Notes: generated by a model not told the origin, from the sequence alone. Shown: positions 50,187-62,310, counted from the first letter of the stretch. The stretch: DNA of 64,000 nucleotides from Octopus bimaculoides (GCF_001194135.2 NC_068986.1:1632175-1696174); one strand, 5' to 3'. Made by a program: numbers and translations.

Positions 50187-51975
50187 CAGACTTCTTTCAG
50201 TTTCTGTCTACCAAATCTACTCTCAAGGCTCTGGTCAACCTGGGGATATATAGAAGACACTAGAGTGGGAGTGAACCTGGAACCATGTGGTCGAGAAGCA
50301 AATGTTTTATCATACAGCTTTGTCATATATCTTTTATATTTTGTTTGGCTATAAGATCTGTTCCAACCACATTTATTGTTAGGTAATAATTACTTTTTTT
50401 GTTTCTTGATTTTTTTATTTTTATATTTTGTTTTTTACTTTGGTTTCCAGCCAAATATTTTGAAAAAATCAACACCTGCATCATATGCTTGGTTCTTTAC
50501 TTCATTTTCAACCACCTAGGAGTAATGAAAAGCAAAATCATGCCTCATAGGATTTGAACTCAGAACAGAGAAATGAAAATAAATAATGCTACACGATGCA
50601 TTTAGTGCAGTGCTCTGCAATATTTGCCATTCTATTGCTTGTTTTAAGAAATCGACAGTAATAAGTTTGGATAAGATGATGATTTTAGAATCACAACAAA
50701 ATATATTCCCTAGACAATCAAACATTTGGTTCATGGTTTCGGTTTCAGGAAAATATTTATGTTATTTTTAAAATTCTTATTCTCTTGATCATTATCTTCA
50801 TCTGCTAAGTGTGGTAGCAGATTGGAGAATTAATATTTCCAGATAAGAACAAAGATTCCTTGAGTTTGTTCCAAATAGTGTATCTGTAGCCATGGTTGTA
50901 TAAAAGCTGTGACAGGCTCCCTTATTTGTTTTAGTTCTTATTTCATCAGTCATCTATCTTGCTCTCACTTTAAGCTGAATATAAATTCTTCAGTTGATAA
51001 ATATATTTTTGAACACTTTCACATTATCCTTGTCATTAATGTTGAATAGTTACAATCAGTTCTGCCCAAACAGCTCTCTGGTAAGAATTAAATGATTGAA
51101 GAATTGTTCAATCTGTGTTCTCTCTGAGGTAATCCTGTCTTTCTTGGAGGAATGATCCCCTAAGGATTGGTGCTTCACTCATTAGCATGCAAAACCAGAT
51201 AAATGTAGCCGTCATAAAGAAAGCATCATTTGTTAAAACTAAACCACATTTTATTAGATTGCCAGATATTGTAGACAAGTTACATAAAAAGATGATAGTC
51301 TTTAGACTGACAGTATTGCAAGTTGATTGCTGAAAGATTTGGGATAGCTGGGGCAGCATATTCAGATTTCTCAAATCAGAATAAGCAACCACCTTCAAAG
51401 GTGAAACGAAGTTGAGATGGACTTGTGAAGGTTTGTAATTCCCAAGGCCTAAGTAATCGATATAAATTTGGACAGAAAAACATTTACTTGACAATACCAT
51501 CAGCATCAGCATCATGAACAACAAAGACAACACCAATACTAACAACACCATTAACTACAACAGCAGTCCTTAGTCCACCACCAATAACCATAACAATGAC
51601 AACAGAACTTTAACATTGGGGATCAGTTTGTTCAATTTAAAAACAGAACAGCCTCCATGACATCATTTGTTATTAGAAATAACAGCCAGATTACTTTTAA
51701 ACTGCACCCTACCAATTTAAAGAAAAGAATACATTGAACTGTGTAATCCCTGTAATATAAAAGATACAGGATCCTCCAAACTGGAACAACTTTGGCTATA
51801 GGTTTACTCAATTAGGAGTAAAGCATCATCTGCATCCGGCTCCAGTTCCATGGTATCTTTAAAGTAGGAATGATATATCCTAAGTTCTAAATCTGAGGAG
51901 AACCTCATTTTATGTCTGTTATTAATGTCTGTCAAACAAAATATTCACTTGTGCAACCGTCACACATTCAAATAC

Positions 51976-52010
<35 letters not shown>

Positions 52011-52026
52011 CATATATACATATACA

Positions 52027-52398
52027 ATTACCTCCGCCTTAGCGAAGGCAGAGGTATTGCTTTCAGTCGTGTTTGTTTGTTTGTCTGTCCATGGACAAGA
52101 TATCTCAAGAACCGCTGGATGGATTCTGATGAAACTTTCAGGGATGTTTAGCCTTGTGACTGGCACGAACTGGTTAGGTTTTGGGATCGATCCAGTACCA
52201 GACAAGGATTCTGGATTATTTTTCCTGTTTTTCTTATTTAATTTTTGAGAGAGGTCAGGTTCATTTTAAGTATTCTTGCTTGTGAGAGCAGTCGAGTTTC
52301 TTTCAGACATTCTCATTTTAAAAATCATCTCTGGCTAATCGTTGAGAGGACATTGGTGCTGCCTTGGTGGAGACTTGCACTTTCTGAGTCCTTTTGTT
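52027..52398 (+). mobile_element. Helentron-associated / DINE-1-like non-autonomous element (HINE)
   Basis: 5' subTIR acctccgcc with adjacent IR (cctccgcc...ggcagagg), gtttgtttgtctgtc microsatellite, 3' subTIR ggtggagac, 3' stem-loop gcactttctgagtcc, T-rich end. This is the HINE layout. Confidence 0.72.
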
Positions 52399-52403
52399 AT
52401 ATA

Positions 52404-52756
52404 TTGGATTGAGGAATATTTAACGAGCATTTTTTTTCAAATTTAAAAATGTATGCAGAATTAAAACACATTAGCAAAATGCTTTGTAATTTAAAAGAGA
52501 ATCTTTTGCTCTACAAGATGGTGTGTTTTGATTTTTTGATTTTATTGATTTTTTGTGTATTTTCAGATCATTAAAATGGAATGACAAGTGGACAAAACTG
52601 AGCATTTTTGACACCATTGACCTTTTGCATTTAATTGAGGTGTTAAGGCCACTGAAGTTGCTCATGAGATTTGTGCTGTGTATGGAGAAAGAGAAATGCC
52701 TCAAAGTACTACTGTTGGTTTATGTGTTTCAAAAATGGGAATTTTGACCTTAAGGA
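52404..52756 (+). mobile_element. mariner 5' end plus transposase N-terminus pseudogene
   Basis: TA|ttggattgagg... ATG at 52576 reads ME*QVDKTEHF*HH*PFAFN*GVKATEVAHEICAVYGEREMPQSTT / WFMCFKNGNFDLK, the mariner N-terminal HTH. Confidence 0.85.
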
Positions 52757-52866
52757 AACAGACACACACACACATGTAGTAAATTCAAATAAACAATGAA
52801 TTCAAATAAACGAATATAAAAATGAAAAATTTGAAAAAAAATTCTCATAAATTATTCTTCAACACA

Positions 52867-52912
<46 letters not shown>

Positions 52913-53119
52913 CACAGAATGAAGAGAGAGTGAGACACACACAGAAAGTCAAATAGACAGAAACGCTATTGAAATGGTTTAAATTTTCCTTTGTTTTCCT
53001 TTTTCTGTTCTAATAACCTGGTGACACATGGTATTTTATACAGACATGAGTGTATAAAAAATAGAAATGTTTGTAAATATACTGCTTTCTTTTATTGCAT
53101 GCGTGTGTATTATTTGTTT

Positions 53120-53157
<38 letters not shown>

Positions 53158-53675
53158 ATGAGGAAAGAGAGGAGAAAGGGAATTCAAACTGTGTGTGTGG
53201 TTGTTGAATGGGAATGATTCAACACTTGCTGACAGTATGGAAACAGGAAAGTGTAATAACACATTAAGAACATTCATACACAGATGTGCACATACACCAA
53301 AAACAAAACCATAAACGTCCAGTCATAATCACACATGGGCGTTTCATAAGCACTACATAAAAAAACACACACAAATGCACATATTCTATATACAAGACAT
53401 ATTACCCTACCTGTATATGCATATTAGTCTGTGTGTATGTGTATACAAGTATGTTTCCTAACTAAAACAATATTAATCTTCTGACATGACTTTTGATAGA
53501 GAAGTTTCAATCAAATAAAATGTGAGGAAGTTTATAAAGTAAAATTTTTAGTTATCTTTGGAAAGCATAGATAGATAGGAAAAGCTTTGTCGGTTGGGTG
53601 AAGTACCTATCAGGAATACAGCATACGTCTTAGCCTGTAGGCTTCTGCAGACTGATACCAAATTATTTCTGACAG

Positions 53676-53725
53676 ATCAACTGCAAGCTATTCTTAGAAA
53701 TGAGATGGGATGTTCTTTTTGGCAA
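53676..53725 (+). CDS. Candidate exon (DQLQAILRNEMGCSFWQ)
   Basis: Acceptor attatttctgacAG, moderate donor CAA|GTATTA, phase 1->0. Confidence 0.18.
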
Positions 53726-53924
53726 GTATTACCTGATAGGCACCAACATAGATTGTAATAATAATAATAACAACCACAACCACAACAACAACAATAATAA
53801 TGATTTCTTTATTAACCACAGGGGTTTACATTAAGAAAAACATGGACAGTACAGGACAAAACAAAGTATGTGTGTGTGTGTTGTTGTGAGGGTTTTGCAT
53901 GTAAACAAGACTAACAAAATTTAA

Positions 53925-53964
<40 letters not shown>

Positions 53965-53965
<1 letters not shown>

Positions 53966-54410
53966 TAATGGTTTCAAATTTTGGCACAAGGCCAGCCATT
54001 TCAAGGAGGGGGCTAAGTTGATTACATTGACCCCGGGGCTCAATCGGTATTTATTTTATCAACACTGAAAGGATGAAAGGCAAAGTCAACCTCAGTGGAA
54101 TTTGAACTCGGAACATAAAGACAGACAAAATACTGTTAAGCATTTTCCCTGACAAGCTAAGGATTCTGACAACTTGCTGCCATAAAAATTTAAAAAAATA
54201 ATAATAATAATAATAATCCTTTCTACTATAAGCACAAGGGCCTAAAATTTCAGGGGAGGTGCTAAGCTGATTTTCATCAACCCCAGTGTTCAACTGGTAC
54301 CTATTTTATCAATCCTGAAAGGATGAAAGGTGAAGTTGACCCCAGCAGAATTTGAACTCAGAATGTTAAGATGGATGAAATGCTGCTAAGCATTTTCCCC
54401 CCAGCTTGAG
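53965..54410 (-). mobile_element. Two SINE D copies in tandem separated by (AAT)n
   Basis: Two reverse D cores with different tails (tttgaaacc-type and gtagaaagg-type). Confidence 0.85.
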
Positions 54411-54448
54411 GATTTCTTTTATTTGCCACCAGGTCAAAAGATGAGGGG

Positions 54449-54485
<37 letters not shown>

Positions 54486-55299
54486 TTGTTGACATTAACA
54501 TTACTATTATTATAATTTGGTCTATTAATCTCCATAGTCTTTAACAACACTATCAACACTATCATCTTCATGACCACCACCACCACCACCACCATCATCA
54601 TCATCACCAAGAGTAGCAGTAGCAGAACAACAGCAACATCAGTTATGAAAGAGATTCAAAACATTGCAAATTGCCTAAAAGAAAAAAAATTAAAATCCGT
54701 TTTCCTTTGTCTTATTTTTTTCCCCCAAGAAACAGAAAGTAATAATATGAAATTGCCAATGTCTACATTGAAAAAAACCATAGATCTATGCAAAACAAAA
54801 CAAAAGAATAGAATTTCTATGGAAAAAAACATTGCAGAAAATATGTTGGAAGAAAAGAAAAGATTGAAAGGGAAGAAGAAAAAGGAAAAAATAGGAAGGC
54901 AAGAAATAAAATGAAAGACTGACAGTAATTGGCAATAATTTTTATATTAACAACAGAAGCAACATAGTCACAGAGGTAATAAACATGGGCATGGAAGAAT
55001 TTGCAATTCCAACCCGATTCGTTTTTGTCTTCTTTTCCTTGTTTTGGTTAACCAATCCATAAGGTTTAGTGAAAAAAATAATTTTCATTTTTTTCCCTTT
55101 TCACTTCCTTGTTTTTCGTTTACAAAAATCTGTTGGTTTAGAGGAATATTGTGGTTTTGGGGTTAAGTTGCTGAACTATCTGTCAAAACTAAGTTCCTGC
55201 AGAAATGGTGCTGAACAATCTGTCAAGACCAAATGCCTAAGTTCAGTCTATATGTTAAATATTGTTTACCATTGAAACAATTTCTTCAAAGTCACTCAG

Positions 55300-56050
55300 T
55301 TTAGCAGCTAAATCGCCATTAAACTCTCCAGCCCTCTTTGAAATGTATACCTCAATGCAGTCTTTCAGTCTACTAGAAATAGCAGTCAACTATTTCTCAA
55401 ATGACATCCTGACACACTGAAAATGAAAATCCCTACATTTACAAAATGATGGGATAATCAGTGATCATAATAGCAGAAGATCTGCTTGTTGAGGACTGAC
55501 CTTTATCTAGTCATTCAACTTTCAAGAAATGGTAGGCAAATAACCCTCAAATGATATCCTACTATAATAATAAAAAAAAAATTTAAAAAAGGAAAAAACT
55601 TACATTTACAAAAAGATGAAATGGTTTAGAGCAGTAGCTCCCAAACTTTTGGGGGGCTGCCCCCTTGATATCCGGGCCACATTCCTAGCACCCCTACCCC
55701 AACTAACGATCACAAATAAAGACCTCTTTCTGAAGCAAATTCAAAGCCACTTTATTTCACAAATAAAACTTGACCTAATGAACCCATTATTCTGTTGTTT
55801 TTACATGAATCACTACCCCATTATCGCCCCACTTTTCTTCAATGCCCCCTCGGAACTTTCCACTGCCACCAGGGGGCAATACCGCCTACTTTATCTAGTC
55901 ATTCAACTTGCTAGAAATGGTAGGCAAATAACCTTCAAATGATATCCCACTATAATGATAATTAAAAAAAATTTTTAAAAAGCAAAAATTTACATTTACA
56001 AACAGATGGAACAACTTTGATCATAAAGAGATCTGCTTTGCTAAGGGCTG
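55300..56050 (-). repeat. Tandem family E units with a hAT-like fragment between them
   Basis: ~118-bp direct repeat at 55501-55618 / 55889-56008 and a related unit at about 55370. tttagag|cagtagctcccaaac at 55632. Confidence 0.7.
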
Positions 56051-56420
56051 AGATGGCCTAAACAAGTTGTAATTTAATTAGCATGATATAATGAAAGAAA
56101 CAAGGGAGTGGCAGGGGAAATCTACAACTGCAGTGTGTATGTGTGTATGCATGTGCATGTATACATTATGCATATTTTATGTGCAGTGTTGCAGACAAAG
56201 ACATATTTTATTGCACAACATTCAGGCTGAATTGAAAATTCTGACGATGAGAAGCTTAAATGTAATTCACAGAAATGGGGAGCAAAATTTTATTATGGCT
56301 GCTTTCACCGACAAAACAATGGAAGCCAAAGCAAATGTTGAATGCAAAACATCAAAGTACAGCAATGCATGTTAGCATTATATGGTGGTGTGATCACAGG
56401 AAAGTCATTCAGATTTTCAG

Positions 56421-56460
56421 TTCTTGGCCAGAAATTGCTTCAAAGATATTCTGCCTTTTT
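56421..56460 (+). CDS. Candidate exon (FLARNCFKDILPF in phase 0)
   Basis: Acceptor attttcAG, donor TTT|GTGAGT. All three frames are open, so it is weakly constrained. Confidence 0.18.
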
Positions 56461-57164
56461 GTGAGTAAACAATTTATGCAGTGATTCTATGGAAATGGTT
56501 AAAGTAAAATCTCTCTCTGAATCTATAAAGCAATATCAGTGTGTTGTTTATATGAGAGAACTAAGAACTTTCAAGCAGGGAGTCTGACTAAAAGAATTGA
56601 TATAAAAATGCAAAACTAATGAGCTGGACAATCTTTGTTGAACAAAAGCTAGACATTCACTACATTCACAATAAACATACATGTTTGAAGAATTCATGAC
56701 AAATTGGGCATTACTATATGCACTTTATGCTTTCATGTGAGTATACATTAAGGCTCCAGGGAGAGTTTTATAGAAGGTGCCTATAACACAATATTTCAGT
56801 AGAAATGAGCAAACAAAGAAGTGGCTGACATATGAGAAAATGTAGTCTAACATTTCCATAAAAAGATAGGGTGGTCATGATTGGAAGGTCTTTGATCTTG
56901 TCTGGTTGCGCGTAGAAGGATGAAGGGCAAAGTTGACCACAGTGGAGTTTGAACTCAGAACATAAAGACTAACAAAATGCCGCTAAGCATTTTGCCAGGT
57001 GTGCTAACAATTCTGCCAGCTTGTTGCCTTATATGGCAATAATAATAATAATAAAAGTAAGGCAAAATGTTGACCTTGGCAAGGTTTGAACTTGGGACAT
57101 AAAGTGCTTGAAGAAATACTGCAAGTTAGTTCTTGCAATGCTTTAATAATTCTACCAATCTATG

Positions 57165-57356
57165 GTTTACTCTTTTACTTGTTTCAGTCATTTGACTGCA
57201 GCCATGCTGGAGTACTGCCTTTAGTCGAGCAAATCGACCCCAGAACTTATTCTTTGGAAGCCTAGTACTTATTCTATTGGTCTTTGTTGCCGAACCGCTA
57301 AGTTACGGCAACATAAACACACCAGCATCGGTTGTCAAGCAATGTTTGGGGGACAA

Positions 57357-57403
<47 letters not shown>

Positions 57404-57555
57404 ACGGGCTTCTTTCAGTTTTTGTCTACCAAATCCACTCACAAAGCTTTGGTCAGCTATAGTAGAAGACACTTGCCCAAGGTGCCTCGCAGTGGGACTG
57501 AACCCAGAACCATGTGGTTGGTAAGCAAGCTACTTACCACACAACCACTCCTGCA
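57165..57555 (-). mobile_element. Composite SINE A/C, young full-length copy
   Basis: Close match to 48450-48955, with most CpGs retained. Confidence 0.9.
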
Positions 57556-57679
57556 TACATGATAATAATAATAATAATAATAATAATAATCCTTTCNNNN
57601 NNNNNNNNNNNNNNNNNNNNNNNNNNNNNNNNNNNNNNNNNNNNNNNNNNNNNNNNNNNNNNNNNNNNNNATAATAATA

Positions 57680-58095
57680 ATAGTAATAATCCTTTCTACT
57701 AAAGGATCAAGGCCATAAATTTTGGGCAGGGGATTAGTTGATTACATCGACCCCAGTGTTTCACTGGTACTTTAGTGACCCCGAAAGGATGAAAGGAAAA
57801 GTTGATCTCAGCGGAATTTGAACTCAAAGTATAAAGATGGACAAAATACCGCTAAGCATTTTGCCCCACATGCTAACAATTCTGCCAGCTCGCCATCTTA
57901 ATGATACAAGTCCACAAATTTGTTGGGAGGGAATTTTTAATTGATTAATGACTACCTTTACTTGGCTGGTATTTTAATTTATTAACCCTGGGAGGACGAA
58001 AGGCAAAGATGAATTTGACAACATTTGAACTCAGAATCTACAGAGCTGGAATTAAACGCTGCAAAATATCTTGTTCACAAGTTCTGCCATTTCTG
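57680..58095 (-). mobile_element. Tandem SINE D copies
   Basis: Two reverse D cores. Further partial copies at about 56920-57160 (-) and 58480-58705 (+). Confidence 0.8.
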
Positions 58096-59545
58096 GCGAC
58101 AACATCGCATTTCAGAGAATATTATAAAATGTTCTCTTCTTTTTTGTTTTGTTTTATTTAATATAAAGTATTATGAAGATATTTAAATGATTAATTCTTC
58201 AATAAAAACAAAAAATATATATGCAAAGCTAAAACAAATCTATTTGATATCATCAATACCTTTAGATCATTTTCCAAAATTCTAACTTTGTATAAAACAA
58301 TAAAGAATAAAAGAAGGGAATAACTCTACAGATTATTGAAAATTTAATGTTAGCTGGGTGTTTAATGACATTAAATTTTTCCATTAATTTCTCTTCCATT
58401 TATATAATATGATACAAAAGAGATTTTTGACAAATATATACAAAGCATGAAAACTGTAGGGTAATACAATAATTATAACGGCAAGGTAGCAAGTTGGCCC
58501 AATTGTCTGCATGCTGGGTAAAGTGCTTAGTGGCATTTCATCTGAGTTTATGTTCTGAGTTCAAGTTCTGCCAAAGTTGATTATTTTGTTTTTGTTTTTC
58601 ATTTATTTGGGGGTTGATAAAGTAAGTATTAGGTGAGCATTGTAGTTGATGTAATTGACTTACCCCGACCCTTGAAATTGCAGGTCTTGTATCCAAATTT
58701 GAAAGGCATTAAAACAGTAAATCCAAAAGGATTCTAGAGAAGTTAGGTTCTGAGGGGAATTTAATTTCAAAGGCATTTGAATGCAGCCATTCTGGAGAAT
58801 CAGTTTTGAGGGTCTCTGGTTGACCATGGAGATCATCAATGTTGTTGACATTGTCATCCTCCTCATCATTGTTTTAATGTTCACATTTCCATGCTTGCAT
58901 GGGTTGGATGAAGCTTATTGAGGCAAATTTTGCTATGGTTGGGTGCCCTTTCCTGTCTTCAACCCTCACCTGTTTCCAAGCAAGGTAATATTTCCCCATG
59001 GCCAGACATGTTTATGTGGAATATCAAAGAGGAATGACAGTGACATTCATTTACAGTTATTACACAATACACACACACACAAATATATATATATATATAT
59101 ACACACATCTAAATATATACGACAGACTTCTTTCACTTTCTGCCAACAAAATCCATTTGGTTGGCCCAGGGCTATAGCAGAAGACACTTGTCCATGATGC
59201 CATGCAATAGGACTGAACCCCAAATCCTGTAGGTTGGAAAGCAAGCTTCTTAACTATGCAGCAATGGTTGCATTTAATGATACCAACGATTATTTCAGTG
59301 TGGTACTCACTGTATTGATCTCCATGTATTGAATGACTTGTATTGAAAGCAACTCAAAACAGTGTCTCACACTGATGAACACAAACAGAGACAAACACAA
59401 CACGCATACTTACACATATAATTATTCTTATAAATTAAATTTGGGAGACATAAACTGTGTTACTATACATACATATTAATAAGTATTAATACTATACATA
59501 CATATCAATAAGTATTAATAAGATGCTCAGGGAGGGAAAGAAAGA

Positions 59546-59585
59546 GTGTTTTACGTTTTGAGCAGAGCTCTTCTTCAGAAACAGG
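59546..59585 (-). ncRNA. Minimal type I hammerhead ribozyme relic (G12A, predicted inactive)
   Basis: Minus strand cctgttt CTGAAGA a gagc tct gctc AAAAC GTA aaacac. Stem I tgttt/aaaca, stem II gagc/gctc, palindromic helix III ACGT, GUA cleavage triplet. Confidence 0.7.
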
Positions 59586-59811
59586 AGACATGCATACAGA
59601 CACACACACACACACACACATCAACAAATGAGTGACAAAAGAACAGGTGTTACATAGTCACATTCATCAGCTTACAGCTGTATACTCAGGTGACATCATG
59701 TCTGTTTCTATAAAATTCTATTCACTCTTTCTTGTACTGAGTCCATTTTTAGTCTTAGTCTTCTTGGATGAAACACGTGAATCACTTGTTATAACGATTC
59801 ATTAACACAAA

Positions 59812-59847
<36 letters not shown>

Positions 59848-59999
59848 ACAGTAAGTTTATCTTCAATCCAGAAGAAACACAACTCAATAGAGCATATAGT
59901 AAGAGACATTTGTCCAAGGTGTTTCACAGTAGGATTGAACTTGAAAGCAAGCAATTCTGAAAGAAATGCTCTAACTATGTGGTTATATTAGTTTTGAAG

Positions 60000-60450
60000 T
60001 ATTCTTTTCTACTCTATGCACAAGGATCGAAAATTTTGGGGGTGGGGGCCAGTCAATTAGATCGACCCCTGTACCCAACTAGTACTTAATTTATCGACCC
60101 TGAAAGAATGAAAAGCAAAGTCGACATTGGCGGAATTTGTACTCAGAATGTAAAGACAGACAAAATACAGCTAAGCATTTTGCTTAGCATGCTAGTGTTT
60201 CCACCAGCTCACCGCCTTCATAATAATGGTTTCAAATTTTGGCACAAGGCCAGATTTTAGGGGAGGGGGTACATCAGTCTACATCAGTTCCAGTTCTCGG
60301 CTGATACTTATTTTATTGACCAGGAAAGGATATAAAGCAAAGGCCAAGTTGACTTCAGTGGAATTTGAACTCAGAACATAAAGAGCCAGAAGAAATGCCA
60401 CTAAGCATTTTGTCTGACATGCTAATGATTCTGCCAGCTTGTTGCTATTG
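60000..60450 (-). mobile_element. Tandem SINE D copies
   Basis: Two reverse D cores joined by ataataat. Confidence 0.85.
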
Positions 60451-60828
60451 AGTTAAAAAAAAAAAAAAAAAAAAAAGATGTAATAGTGCAGTTTGGAAAT
60501 AAGAAACTTTCTTAGATGAAACAGGATAGCATCAAATTATTTCAATTTATCTTAATCTCGTTTATAAATCTTTGTAATTATGAAAACAATTACTTTCTGG
60601 TAGATTTTATAAAATAATTAGGATTTCTATTAATAAACTTTTTTATAAGCTGCTTATTCATTGGATGTGTCTTTCTATTGCAAAGGAGAATATTGTCAGG
60701 CCCAGAGTCGTTTGTTTTTAATCCTATTTTTTTCCTTCATCTATGAAGTTTAAGCCGAATGAAGCATATCGTATGATTTTTATATATTTATTTTATTTAA
60801 TTTAATTTTCTTTTTTACCAATAAAATA

Positions 60829-61109
60829 TCGTATATACCCGAGTAATAGTTGATCTCATGTAAAAGCTGCCGCCCTATTTTTGGCCAAGAAATTGGGAAT
60901 TTTCCATAGATCCTGTATAAAAGTCAACCCTAGTATTTCACAAACAACAGGACAACATTTGTAGGTCAAGGTACCATATTATATAAGGACTAATTCAATA
61001 CAACACGGAAAGCCACTGTACGCGAGTCTAAATCATTTGAAACACAATCCCAAGATCATGCCACGTAGTGATTTTCTATCAACATTGAAACCAAAAACTT
61101 CAAAGCCAC

Positions 61110-61110
<1 letters not shown>
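60829..61110 (+). mobile_element. pogo/Tc2-like DNA transposon 5' end
   Basis: TA|tcgtatatacccgag resembles CCGTATATACTCG-type TIRs. Three degenerate subterminal ataagtcgaccc-like motifs follow. The 3' boundary is uncertain. Confidence 0.45.
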
Positions 61111-61146
<36 letters not shown>

Positions 61147-61212
61147 TATATATAATATGTAATATATATATATATGTATATTTATGTGTGTGTGTGTATA
61201 TATATATATGTA

Positions 61213-61245
<33 letters not shown>

Positions 61246-61248
<3 letters not shown>

Positions 61249-61417
61249 CACTCTTGGAGTGGTTAGCATTAGGAAGGGTATCCAGCTGTAGAAACTCTGC
61301 CAGATCAGATTGGAGCCTGGTGCAGCCATCTGGTTCGCCAGTCCTCAGTCAAATCGTCCAACCCATGGTAGCATGGAAAGCAGACGTTAAATGGTGATGA
61401 TGATGATGATGATGATG
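61246..61417 (+). mobile_element. Family B, older sibling of 30850 copy
   Basis: Same start tacactct. Several CpGs are converted to TpG/CpA. Confidence 0.88.
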
Positions 61418-62110
61418 TAGTAGAGGACACTTGTCTGTTCCATTCAGTGGGAATGAACACAAGACTACACAGCAAGCATCTTAACCACACAGTTATTCCT
61501 GTTCCTATACCACTACTACAGTACAATACTTCTCATACACACACACACACACACATATAACACTTAACACAAAAACAGAGGAAACTAGTATATCTCAAGG
61601 TAATCTCTCACACTACATAATTTCATACATCCCTATCTCTCCATTTCCTTACAATAATAAAAATATCAACCAAGTAAAATCTCAGAACTTGTATTCCTGT
61701 AATTCTTATCACTATAATCAACATCCAAATTATATCCTACAACCAACCATTAGTATAGAATCTAGAAGAAAAGTATAAAAACATAATAAACTCTGCTGCA
61801 GAAATGGTATAAACAAAGAGTATTGGAACATATGTACTGTTGCTATTTAGCCCCGAGTCAGCTCAAATCTAGCAAACCCATGATCAAAGATGTTCTAACA
61901 GTGACCACTGCCTCTTTTTGTATATTTATGATTACTTTGTTCAATATATCTCTTTGTTTCTTTTTTAAGATAATAGGGTAAAATAGAAGGGATGTTTGGG
62001 TACTATTTCTAGCAGATTGAGTGACCATGTAAAAGATTCCATTGTTAATTTGGTGACACTTCTGTTGTCAGCTGTTCTGGAATATGTCAACATACTCTGC
62101 TTGTTTGCCT

Positions 62111-62310
62111 CAACACACCTAGCTTATCTCTCTCAACACACCTGGCCTGTCTGTCTCAACACAGATGACTTGCCTGTCTCAAAACACATTTCGCTTGTCT
62201 TTGTCAACACACATGGCTTGTCTATCTTGACATAGGCAGCTTGCCCCAACACACATAGCTTATCTTTCCTAACTCATCTGCCTACCTGAGTAAACACACT
62301 TCGCTTGCAT
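62111..62310. repeat. Degenerate 23-bp minisatellite
   Basis: Units caacacacctagcttatctctct, caacacacctggcctgtctgtct, caacacagatgacttgcctgtct and so on, about 7-8 copies, contiguous. Confidence 0.75.

Noticed and set aside
62111-62310. CRISPR-like appearance of periodic repeats here and at 42246-42450
   Set aside because: The units are contiguous and degenerate with no unique spacers, there are no cas genes, and the context is eukaryotic.
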